Assembly: GCA_947627685.1 (NCBI GenBank)
Contig: CANQWZ010000002.1
Span: 1-46,020 of the forward strand
Source: an uncultured Bacilli bacterium
Lineage (GTDB): Bacteria; Bacillota_I; Bacilli_A; ML615J-28; CAG-313
Length of the DNA: 46,020 nucleotides
Reading direction: 5' to 3'
Shown here: piece by piece, positions 1 through 8,700 of the stretch
How positions within the stretch are numbered: the first letter of the stretch is position 1
Layout: every line of letters starts with the position of its first letter
The notes under the pieces: model-generated
Told to the model about the DNA's origin: nothing
What the model saw: only the letters and a program-made list of their open reading frames with translations
Databases searched by the model: none
Made by a program: the position numbers and the translations under genes

Positions 1-167
1 GCAAGAAAGCGCAAAGTTTCCTTGCTCCGAAGCCAAGTGTAAACCGTAAACCTCGGGTCTGTGGGGTTTTTGAACTTTGCAATGTCCGTAAGCGAAATAT
101 AGTCTGATTGGTCTACTTTCTTATATTTAACATTCAGTCCTTTTACCGTAATTTCTTTACCTGGCAT
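1..167 (-). CDS. KilA-N-type DNA-binding protein, N-terminal ~55 codons only (gene continues past the left edge)
   Basis: ATG at 167 with AGGAG at 176-180 (complement). Translation MPGKEITVKGLNVKYKKVDQSDYISLTDIAKFKNPTDPRFTVYTWLRSKETLRFL fits the KilA-N N-terminal pattern I remember (I.V.G......DYISLTDIA..KN...P.....W.R...T..FL). It is truncated by the window edge, so it is absent from the ORF track. It lies in a visibly G+C-richer block. Confidence 0.6.
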   Translation of the reverse strand, partial: MPGKEITVKGLNVKYKKVDQSDYISLTDIAKFKNPTDPRFTVYTWLRSKETLRFL

Positions 168-321
168 ATAATGTACTCCTTCATGATTTTTCTAAAATAA
201 GATTTTTAACAATGATTACTTCATTACCGAAAGCAGCTCTATCAAATAAGCACTTTGGACTACAATGGCAAGTTTGCCGCCGGTATTATCTTGTCTTGTA
301 CCATGAATAATACCATAGCAT

Positions 322-546
322 TTAATATCCATCATCTCCAATGCGGTACGAGGTAATGTCGTCTATAAAGAATAATGCCAACGTTTTGATTTTGAAGATG
401 CGCCCGCAAAAATTTTTTTTTTCGACTTCAAAATGTCTTTGCAGGGCAAGGCGTAGCATTTGTTCCTGATAGGACGTCATGTAAATATCAACGTCAAGTT
501 CTTCTCCTGCTACCTTAACGATCCCATTGGAAAAGGCACGACAAAT
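322..546 (-). pseudogene. Decayed gene fragment that reads like part of a type III restriction (Res) subunit; more frame-broken debris spans about 168-700
   Basis: The minus-strand frame is open only from 546 to 322: ICRAFSNGIVKVAGEELDVDIYMTSYQEQMLRLALQRHFEVEKKNFCGRIFKIKTLALFFIDDITSYRIGDDGY*. The K.L.LFFID....YR stretch resembles type III Res proteins as I remember them. There is no start codon or SD, and all frames have stops on both sides. An A10T5 homopolymer (plus strand A5T10, 408-422) lies inside it. Confidence 0.35.
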
Positions 547-781
547 TCAACCGTTCGAATACGAAATGGTAAAGGCATTCCTGACTTACTTTGCAATGAA
601 GAAATACCAAAACGACGAATAGAAAAACGAATTTTTCAACTCATTCATCTATCGCGTCGTCCTCTTTGACGACTGCGTGTATATCTTTTACAACACGTCG
701 CCCGATGTGCCGACAAAGGTAAAACTCGACAAGGAGGAACTTGACGAACTGAAAAGCCCCAAACATAGAAAAAACACCCGA

Positions 782-796
782 CTTCAACCACTTGGG
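782..796. repeat. 15-nt copy (cttcaaccacttggg) of the D-arm segment of the adjacent tRNA-Ser (second copy at 882-896, exactly 100 nt away, same orientation)
   Basis: Exact 15/15 match read directly from the sequence. It sits 18 nt beyond the tRNA 3' end, at the border of the G+C-richer block. Confidence 0.6.
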
Positions 797-814
797 TTCA
801 AATGCGGTTACTTA

Positions 815-905
815 TGGCGGAGAAGGAGGGATTTGAACCCTCGCACCGTTTTACCGATCTACTAGCTTTCCAAGCCAGCCCCTTCAACCACTTGGGCACT
901 TCTCC
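815..905 (-). tRNA. tRNA-Ser (anticodon GGA), type II with long variable arm, CCA encoded
   Basis: Reverse complement is GGAGAAGTGCCCAAGTGGTTGAAGGGGCTGGCTTGGAAAGCTAGTAGATCGGTAAAACGGTGCGAGGGTTCAAATCCCTCCTTCTCCGCCA. Acceptor stem GGAGAAG/CTTCTCC is a perfect 7 bp. Anticodon stem is CTGGC/GCTAG with loop TT-GGA-AA. T arm is GAGGG-TTCAAAT-CCCTC. There is an extra arm of about 19 nt, then discriminator G and CCA. Confidence 0.9.
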
Positions 906-909
906 ATTT

Positions 910-935
910 GATAATACTATACTTTTAGTATTATC
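910..935. other. 9-bp stem-loop between the DUF2130 stop and the tRNA-Ser 5' end
   Basis: gataatact (910-918) pairs with agtattatc (927-935), loop of 8 nt. The T-run (936-941) follows it only on the plus strand. On the gene-bearing minus strand no U-tract follows, so it may be a processing or stability element rather than a terminator. Confidence 0.3.
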
Positions 936-943
936 TTTTTTAT

Positions 944-2221
944 TTATTCATTATCTTCTAACTTATTAATTTTTTTACAAATTTTATTAGTGATATTATA
1001 ATTTTCAATTTTATTTTTCATACCAGTTAAAGTATCATTTACTAAGGTATTAGCTGCTTCAAGGATTTTAGTTGATGACTTTTGAATGGTCTCAGCGTTA
1101 CTAATAATTTCTTTTAGTTTATTTTCTAATCTACTTAAAGGTTTATCAAATAAATCTTTTTTTAAGGCTTCAAAATCTTCTTTTATTTTAGTAACGTCTT
1201 TGAATTTTTCAACTTCTTCTTGTTCTGAAAGTAATAAATCTTTAAATTTTGAAGCAAGTGAATTAATCACACTTAAGAAATTAATAAAATATTGTGGTCT
1301 TACAATATACATTTTGTCATATTCTTTAACTTTACGAATAGGAATATCATTAGTTTGATCCCATTCTAATTCACTAATCAATAGGGCATATTCACAATTC
1401 TTTTTATTTCTATCTTTATCTAGTTTAGCAAAATGATCTGCATTTTTCTTTTTGTTAACAGAAGTTGGTGATTCATTTTTCATCTCACAAGCAACTGATG
1501 TTAGTTCTGTTTTTAAAGCTGCACTTTCATATACTCTAAATATATAATCAGCCTTAGTTCCTTTAGAATCTCCATCTTCTTTAACGGCGGTATTATCTTT
1601 TTCCCATACACAATTATCAAATCCGCTTTGTGCATAATTTTCATATTCCATATTGCACCAATTTTCTAATTGTTCACCTAATTTTTTGATATTTAAACTA
1701 CTTTTATTTAAGGTTAATTCATTGATTTTGCCTTCTTTTTCTTTAAGGCGCTCTTCATAGATTTCTTTTTGTTCATTTAGTTTAGTATTTAGTTCAAGAT
1801 CTTTTTTTAGGGTTAGATTATTTATTTGGTTATTTAAATCAACAATTTTATTATTTAATAATGCGATGGCTTGTTCTTTTTCTAATTCTAATTTAGATTT
1901 TAAGGCTTCTTTTTCGGAGGCTTTTTGTGTATCATAACTATTAATTTGTTCTTGTAATTTAACAAGATTATCTTTTAAGAGTGTTATTTGTTCATTGTGT
2001 TTATTTTGACTTTCTAAAAGAGCCATTCGAATAGCTTCTTGTTGTTTTAGTTCATATTCTTTTTTTATTTCTTTATCCTCTGCCTCAACAAGCATATTCT
2101 TGATTATTGATGTATCTATTTTACTAATATCTAATAAATCAATTTCATCACCTTGTTTAGCATCAACATCAAGTCTAATAGTGCTAGCATTGACAATGGT
2201 AACTTGCGTAATTTTAGCCAT
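944..2221 (-). CDS. DUF2130-family protein (N-terminal coiled coil plus C-terminal conserved domain)
   Basis: 425-aa ORF with SD GGAGGAG upstream. The long E/K/L/Q-rich coiled coil is followed by GEQLENWCNMEYENY...KGTKADYIFRVY...EMKNES....KKKNADHFAKLDKDRNKKNCEYALLISELE...KMYIVRPQYFINFL. This matches my memory of DUF2130 (GE.LE.WC..EF...KGD.IF...FE.KNE....KKN..F..KL..D....CEYAVLVS...MY.VRPQ.F). Confidence 0.75.
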   Translation of the reverse strand: MAKITQVTIVNASTIRLDVDAKQGDEIDLLDISKIDTSIIKNMLVEAEDKEIKKEYELKQQEAIRMALLESQNKHNEQITLLKDNLVKLQEQINSYDTQKASEKEALKSKLELEKEQAIALLNNKIVDLNNQINNLTLKKDLELNTKLNEQKEIYEERLKEKEGKINELTLNKSSLNIKKLGEQLENWCNMEYENYAQSGFDNCVWEKDNTAVKEDGDSKGTKADYIFRVYESAALKTELTSVACEMKNESPTSVNKKKNADHFAKLDKDRNKKNCEYALLISELEWDQTNDIPIRKVKEYDKMYIVRPQYFINFLSVINSLASKFKDLLLSEQEEVEKFKDVTKIKEDFEALKKDLFDKPLSRLENKLKEIISNAETIQKSSTKILEAANTLVNDTLTGMKNKIENYNITNKICKKINKLEDNE

Positions 2222-2244
2222 GTTCTCCTCCTATTGCTAAATAT

Positions 2245-2273
2245 ATTATACCTTTTTTTGACGATTATTGCAA
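2245..2273 (-). promoter_or_regulatory. Sigma-70-type promoter for the DUF2130 gene
   Basis: Minus strand reads TTGCAA (2273-2268), a 17-nt spacer, then TATAAT (2250-2245), about 24 nt upstream of the ATG at 2221. Confidence 0.6.
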
Positions 2274-2277
2274 TTTT

Positions 2278-3189
2278 TTAATTAATTTTTTCATTATCTA
2301 TAATAAGTGAATAAGGTTTTATATAAGAGTTAGCCACAATTGTTGTATTACCCCTAAGAATAGAAAAGGCATCAATTGTTACATTAGTATCTATTTTAAC
2401 ACTATCTTCTATAATAATGCTATCAGGATTTATTAATCTTACCCCATTTAACATGTGTTTTTTATTAATTTCTTGTTGGTAATATTTTTCTACTTGACTA
2501 AGAATGTCTAAATCATTAATACCCATTAAATGATAATCATAACTAGTTAAATAAGCACCAACCTTATATTTTTTAGCAAGCACTTCGACGATATCGGTTA
2601 AATAATATTCTTGTTTTTGGTTGTGATTATTAACTTGTAATAAGGCATCTAGCAGTAGCTTATTATTAATACAATAAACACTAGTATTAACTTCTTTAAT
2701 TTTTTTAATTTCTTCACTCGCGTCTTTTTCTTCAATTATTTTTAATATTTGCTTGTTATTTCTAATAATTCTACCATAACCTGTTGGCTTATCTATTAGT
2801 GTTGTTAAAATGGTAAGATCCCATTTTTGTTCAAAATGATAATTTATCAATTTATTAATTATGTCCTTATTAATAAGAGGCATATCACCTGGTAAAATAA
2901 GGGTAATGCCATCTTTATCTTTAAAAAAATTGCTAGCACATAATAGGGCATGAGCAGTGCCAAGTTGTGCATCTTGATATGCAAAAACAACTTCTTTTTG
3001 TAAATATTTTTCAATAAGTTCTTTTTGATGTCCTATGACTACACAAATATCATTAATATTGCTTTCTTTGCAAGCATCAACAATATATCTAATCATTGGT
3101 TTACCAAAAAATGGATATATACATTTTGGTAATGGGGTTTTCATTCTTGTTCCTTTACCAGCAGCTAAAATAATTGCTTGCATATTCAT
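2278..3189 (-). CDS. GlmU-like sugar-1-phosphate nucleotidyltransferase lacking most of the left-handed beta-helix acetyltransferase domain
   Basis: The ORF track gives 311 aa. I place the start at MNMQAIILAAGKGTRM (ATG 3189, 2 nt after the uppP stop; ATG 3183 is also possible). The N-terminal LAAGKGTRM, YQDAQLGTAHAL and LPGDMPL motifs are GlmU-like. The protein ends after only about 50 residues of hexapeptide-like sequence (NGVRLINPDSIIIEDSVKIDTNVTIDAFSILRGNTTI...), whereas bifunctional GlmU is about 450 aa. Confidence 0.7.
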   Translation of the reverse strand: MNMQAIILAAGKGTRMKTPLPKCIYPFFGKPMIRYIVDACKESNINDICVVIGHQKELIEKYLQKEVVFAYQDAQLGTAHALLCASNFFKDKDGITLILPGDMPLINKDIINKLINYHFEQKWDLTILTTLIDKPTGYGRIIRNNKQILKIIEEKDASEEIKKIKEVNTSVYCINNKLLLDALLQVNNHNQKQEYYLTDIVEVLAKKYKVGAYLTSYDYHLMGINDLDILSQVEKYYQQEINKKHMLNGVRLINPDSIIIEDSVKIDTNVTIDAFSILRGNTTIVANSYIKPYSLIIDNEKIN

Positions 3190-3190
3190 A

Positions 3191-4009
3191 TTAAATCCAT
3201 CCATAAAAAGCACTAAAGGTAAAAACCATTACACCTACAATAAAAGAATATATAGCAAAATAAAAAAGTTTACCTTTTTTTATCATTTTTAATAAGATTT
3301 TAAAAGCGGCATATGTTGTAATCATTGCTATTAAAAAAGCGGCTAAATAGCAAATTATGGTCTTTAAATCAAGAGTAAAGATTAAACCAATATTTTTAGC
3401 TTCTAAAACAAAGGCACCAATAACTGCAGGTATAAATAACATAAAAGCATAATCAGTTGCGTCATTTTTATCTAGACCTACGGCTGATGCACCAGCCAAA
3501 CAGCTACCACTTCGCGATATACCAGGAAATATACCTATAGACTCGAAAATACCTATTATTAAAGCATCTTTTTTATTCATTTGTTCTTTTGTGCGTTTGC
3601 CTTGTTTTTTTGAAGCAAACCATAAAATAAAAGCATTGATTATTAAACTAATGCCAATTACAAAAATAGGACTAGCCTCATAACCTAACCATTTAATAAA
3701 TAAGGTAAAAATAACTACGGGGATAGTAGAAATTATTAAGTACAAAGCATATTTTGCTTCAAAAAAATAAGCTTTTCTTTTTTTAAATACATAAAGAAAA
3801 CAGCCCTTTATTAATTTAATTAAGGGTTTATACAAATAGGCAATTACTGCTATCAATGATGCCATATGTAGAAATACTTCTAGTGCTAAATTATTTTCTC
3901 CTATACCTAATAGATATCTTGCAAGTTGCAAATGACCACTAGAGGAAATAGGTAGTACTTCCGATAGACCTTGAATAAAGCCAATGATTAAATATTTTAA
4001 AAATTCCAT
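3191..4009 (-). CDS. uppP: Undecaprenyl-diphosphate phosphatase (UppP/BacA)
   Basis: 272-aa polytopic membrane ORF with SD GAGGAG. Characteristic N-terminus GFIQGLSEVLPISSSGHL, and PGISRSG later in the protein. Confidence 0.9.
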   Translation of the reverse strand: MEFLKYLIIGFIQGLSEVLPISSSGHLQLARYLLGIGENNLALEVFLHMASLIAVIAYLYKPLIKLIKGCFLYVFKKRKAYFFEAKYALYLIISTIPVVIFTLFIKWLGYEASPIFVIGISLIINAFILWFASKKQGKRTKEQMNKKDALIIGIFESIGIFPGISRSGSCLAGASAVGLDKNDATDYAFMLFIPAVIGAFVLEAKNIGLIFTLDLKTIICYLAAFLIAMITTYAAFKILLKMIKKGKLFYFAIYSFIVGVMVFTFSAFYGWI

Positions 4010-4073
4010 ATTTTTTTCTCCTCATATTAAATTATATATGATAGTATTTAAAAATATTTCTATTTTATTAAAG

Positions 4074-4904
4074 TTAATTTAGGGCTGTTAAAATTTTAGC
4101 AATGTCATCGTTAATTACAAGTGCTTTATCAAACACTTCAGGAAGTAGTTCGTTATATCCTTTGTTAATACATATATAGTAAGCTTTAGGAAATTTAGCC
4201 GTTAAAGTCATAAAAGGTATTTTAATAATTGATGGTGTATTCCATCCCACTCCTAATTCTAAAAAAAGTAGTTTTTTAGATTTATTATTTTTTAAAAACT
4301 GCAAATAATTTTGAGCTGCTTTTTGCCACATCTCATCTTCAACAAATTTATCATCACTTCTTAGATTCATAGTCATTGGTCTACCACAAAATGGGCATTT
4401 GGGAACTAAAGCACTACTGATTTTATGATCAATTTGTGAGTCAATCATCTTTTTTATAATTTCTTCGTTATCATAGGTTTTATAATGACATGGTTTACTA
4501 CACTGAAATAGACCATAATCACCTTGTGTATAAAATAATCTATTTTTAGCAAAACCTGCTTTTTGAAACTGATGATCAACATTTGTTGTTATTACAAAAT
4601 AATTCTTATCTTTTAAAATATCATATAATTTAAGATAAAGTGGTAAAGCAGCTGTTTGATAACGATTTATATATATAAATTTACTCCAATAGCCCCATTT
4701 TGCTTCTAATGATTCAAAATTATGAAAACCTGCGGTATACATGTCATTATAGCCATATAAATCATGCATATAAGAAAAATTATCATTAAAAGTCTTGCCA
4801 TCATATTCAAAACCTGCAGCTGTTGAAAGACCAGCACCGGCTCCTACCACAATTGCTTCGGCCTCATTTAACCATTTTTTTAATTGTTCTATCGTAGATT
4901 TCAT
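4074..4904 (-). CDS. Class-M sirtuin (SirTM-type, macrodomain-linked; predicted protein ADP-ribosyltransferase)
   Basis: I place the start at ATG 4904 (MKSTIEQLKKW), with AGGAG 5 nt upstream. Motifs: VVGAGAGLSTAAG (Rossmann), ITTNVDHQF, YTQGDYG where canonical sirtuins carry the catalytic HG, and the C..C pairs CSKPC / CPFCG. It overlaps the upstream macrodomain gene by 41 nt. Confidence 0.75.
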   Translation of the reverse strand: MKSTIEQLKKWLNEAEAIVVGAGAGLSTAAGFEYDGKTFNDNFSYMHDLYGYNDMYTAGFHNFESLEAKWGYWSKFIYINRYQTAALPLYLKLYDILKDKNYFVITTNVDHQFQKAGFAKNRLFYTQGDYGLFQCSKPCHYKTYDNEEIIKKMIDSQIDHKISSALVPKCPFCGRPMTMNLRSDDKFVEDEMWQKAAQNYLQFLKNNKSKKLLFLELGVGWNTPSIIKIPFMTLTAKFPKAYYICINKGYNELLPEVFDKALVINDDIAKILTALN

Positions 4905-5631
4905 AATCGCTCCTGTTAAATACATTAAAAATTACTTTTGCAATAGTAGTATTAGAATTATGTTCTAAATAATTTTTAACACTATTTACTGCAATCAAAC
5001 AAGCATCATTAATAGGATAACCATATAATCCTGTAGCAATGCTACAAAAAACTATCGTTTTAAGTTTATATTCATCTGCCATTTTAAGACATGATAGATA
5101 ACAATTTTGTAAATCTATAGCATCTTGTTTAGATGGTATTTTATTTACAATTGGACCCACCGTATGCATGATATAAGATGATGGAAGATTGTAAGCTTTT
5201 GTAATTTTAACCTTACCATTTTCTTCATCGTGGCCTTGAGAAGTCATTATTTTCATTAAATCTCTTCTAACTTGTAGTCCTGCAAATGAATGTATAGCAT
5301 TATCTATACATGAATGAAGGGGTACAAAACAACCAAGAAGTTTACAATTACAAGCATTAACGATAGCATCAGCTTTAATAGTCGTAATATCACCTAACCA
5401 TAGTCCTATTTTAGGACTTATTTCTAATATATCGTTAGCATCTACAATTCTTTGTTTTTTAAGCCTTGTTTGTAGAATATCATCTTGTATCCGGTAAAAA
5501 TCATCATTTATAGAAGTTGGCATAGTTATATTCATCAATGCTCTTAAAGTATCTTCTTTTGATAAATTAATTTCTTCTTTAATTTGATTATAATCTTTTA
5601 AATAATTTATCGCTAAATCTATTTTATCCAT
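4864..5631 (-). CDS. Macrodomain protein (protein-ADP-ribose hydrolase type)
   Basis: The ORF track start is 5643. ATG 5631 (MDKIDLAI...) has GAGG 6 nt upstream and is the more likely start. GDITTIKADAIVNACN....G......IDNAIHSFAG.Q and FCSIATGLYGYP are macrodomain hallmarks. The N-terminal helical extension resembles the staphylococcal/streptococcal SirTM-linked macro proteins. It ends with TGA at 4864-4866. Confidence 0.8.
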   Translation of the reverse strand: MDKIDLAINYLKDYNQIKEEINLSKEDTLRALMNITMPTSINDDFYRIQDDILQTRLKKQRIVDANDILEISPKIGLWLGDITTIKADAIVNACNCKLLGCFVPLHSCIDNAIHSFAGLQVRRDLMKIMTSQGHDEENGKVKITKAYNLPSSYIMHTVGPIVNKIPSKQDAIDLQNCYLSCLKMADEYKLKTIVFCSIATGLYGYPINDACLIAVNSVKNYLEHNSNTTIAKVIFNVFNRSDYEIYDRTIKKMVK

Positions 5632-5708
5632 TTGTTGCCTCATTTAACTTTTTTTATATTATAAGATAAAAATTAATAATAACTCTTTTTTTTGCTTTTT
5701 TATTATAT

Positions 5709-5748
5709 AAAAAAAATAAAGCAGCAAGGCTAAAATAGCTTGCTGCTT
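5709..5748 (-). terminator. Rho-independent terminator ending the giant operon
   Basis: The minus strand has stem AAGCAGCAAG (5748-5739) pairing with CTTGCTGCTT (5728-5719), a 10-nt loop, then TATTTTTTTT. It begins 15 nt after the stop at 5763. Confidence 0.8.
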
Positions 5749-5762
5749 ATAAAAATTGTGCT

Positions 5763-8700
5763 TTAAGCTTCTACTTTTACTCCTTTTGCATAAGTTGCAA
5801 TTTCTTCGCCATCAGCATCATAAATTGTAACAGAATTAGCATTTTCTAATTGTTTTGAAGCTGTCATTTCAGTAATTTCACTTCCATCTGCTAACTCAGC
5901 TTTAAATGTTACATTAATATAAATATCTTTACCAGAAATATAAATATAAGTTGTTGTGCCATTTGCAGTAAAGCAAACTAAACGATCTACACCTTTTTCA
6001 AATATAGAACCAAGGGCAGTAGCAGGTTTAGAATCAGTACGAACATAAACATACATATCTGTTCCAAAATCATCTTCATTTTCCCCAACAACTATTATTC
6101 CAAGTGTTGCATCAAAATAACAAAGTTTTTCGCTAGAAGTACCTTTTAGAATAAAGAAACCAGTTTCTGGATCATATTGTTCAACTGTACCTTTTTTATC
6201 GCCGGCCATTTTACCATATTCATCAACTGTTATATTATCGTTCCACCATCCACCATTATGACTAGAAGTACCATAGGTATTAAATCCATAATAACTTCCA
6301 AGAAGAGGTGATTTTTCTTTCCATTTACAATAAACAGTAGTTGAAGCTTCAAGTGGTGTACCTTCAACATATGGTGTCTTATAATCTTGATCTGTATACC
6401 AACCATCAAATACTAAATCATTTTTCATTTCAGGTTTTACAAGTTCAGGTGTATAACCTACATAATATTCTTCTGCAACATCTTCCATTTCGTTGCCATA
6501 AACAACTTTGAAAGTAACTTTTTTAGCCCATTTAGCGTATAAAGTTGTTGATTCTGTAGGTAGATATTTACCATCTTCACCAAGTGTAACAAGCGTTTCG
6601 AATTGTGGATCTACATACCAACCAAGGAATTCATATTCAGGATTTGAAACAGTTGGTAATGTTATTGGAATATTTTTATTTACTTCTTGAGCAGGAGCTT
6701 CAGCTTTTTCATCTGTATCATAAGTAATTTTAACCATCGGCTTGTTAATTGTATAGCTCATATCATCTTTGTTGATAGTAATTTCAAAGAATTCATTATT
6801 AATATATAAATCAATAGTGTAAGATGAGCCATCAGCAGCCAAACTATATGTACCTTCTTGACCTAAATATGTTGCTTTTTTAACACCATCAAGTACTAAA
6901 GTATCTTCATTATTATGATATGTACCCCAATATCCATCTAATTCAACTAATTGCTTACCATCGTAACCAAATTCAGCAATTGTTTTGCCTTCAGAATCAG
7001 TTACAACTAATTTACTATCTTTAACATTATAGCATTCATTAGCAGGAATATCTTTGCCTGTTGCATCTTTGAATGATGCACCAAAATAAACAACACCATT
7101 ATATACGAAAATAGAATAAGTAGTAGTATCGTTATATTTATATTGAATAGCTATTGCCTTGTTACTATTCCAGTATGAAGCAACAATTTTAGAAGTAACG
7201 TCACCTTTTTCAAGTGGAGTAAGGAACCAAATTTCACTCCAAGCAGGTTTACCACTAACAGATTTATCTAAAATCATGATACCTGTTTCAGCATCAATGT
7301 ATCCTTGTAATTTAGTACTACTGCTAACTTCAAGAACAAATTTACCTGTTTTTGGATCATAATCTTTTACATACATTTTTACATCAGCAGAACCATTAAA
7401 TGGATAACTTGTATGTGGAGCTACACCATATGGATCAATATTAAGTTTAGAATTAGCTGAATAACTAGTATTACTTTCACCTGTTACAGCATCATTTTTT
7501 AGTCCAAAACTTGTTGCGCCATCATAATCATTATTATAAACAGGTCCATTTTCCCATTTAGCATAAATGGTTGTATCAGTGTTAATTACTGTTCCTGATT
7601 CCCATTCAGTGCCTTCTTGATAGTCGTTAGTTGTGTACCAACCAACAAAGATATGTTTTGCGAAAGTTGGAATTAAATCTTCTTCTTTTAAAACAGCCTT
7701 ATCGCCAACTGAATAAATTTCTTCGCCATTTTCCTCGCCATTATTATAAACAATAGTTAATCTAGCAGGTAAAGAATATTTAGCATAAATAGTTATATCA
7801 GCTGTTGGTGTATATTCATTAGGAACTGGTTGTTGATATGCTTGATCAAAGAACCAACCATTAAAGATATAACCTTTATCATCTAACTTGCCAATTTGAT
7901 CAACATTTGGAAGTGTATGGGAAACGTTGGCATTGTATTCTTGTGGATCCATTGGATCGTGATGTTCACCATTTTCAAATGTAACTGTAACCATATATAA
8001 TTCCATTTCAAATGAATGATCACCAGTAAGAGTTAAACGATAATATTCAGTTTCATCTTCTAGATATACATCAAAGTCATATTCATCATTTGATGATTTA
8101 GTATAAGTACCACTCTTACTTTGATATGTAATGTTACCCATACCATCTAAAACAATAGTATCATTATCTTTTGTATATGTGCCATATACATCATCTAATA
8201 CTACCGCATCACCATTTGATAAAGATGCCTTAGCAGTACCAAAAGCAATAATTTTTTCATTAGTTTTAGTATTAGTTATAACAACGGTCTTAGAAGCTTT
8301 TATTTCAGCAATTGTATCTAATTCATTGCCAGAAGTATCAGTCATTTTTACAGCTGAATAAATATTGTTACCATAACGAACAATTGTAAGATCACCATCT
8401 TCAGTATTTAAAACAATGAAGTGTAAATAATAATTATTGGCAGGAACTTTATCGCCAGTAGTAGGATTAATAACACAACCTATACCAACAAATTCTTTAA
8501 CTTTAAATGATGTTTCAGTTTGATATTTACTAAATACATAGAAATCAGTACCTATATCTAAATCTGTACTATAATGTGTCATTAAAATGCCACTTTCTTC
8601 ATCAAAATAGAATTTACGTTCTCTATTTGAACTATCATTCCAAGTAATTACGCCATTTTCATATTTAGTTACTTTACCAGTCCATTTACCGGTAATATTG

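Noticed and set aside
460-865. Plus-strand ORFs 460-669 and 677-865
   Set aside because: 677-865 runs through the tRNA-Ser gene. 460-669 lies in the decayed block antisense to the Res-like fragment. Neither has an SD or a recognisable motif.
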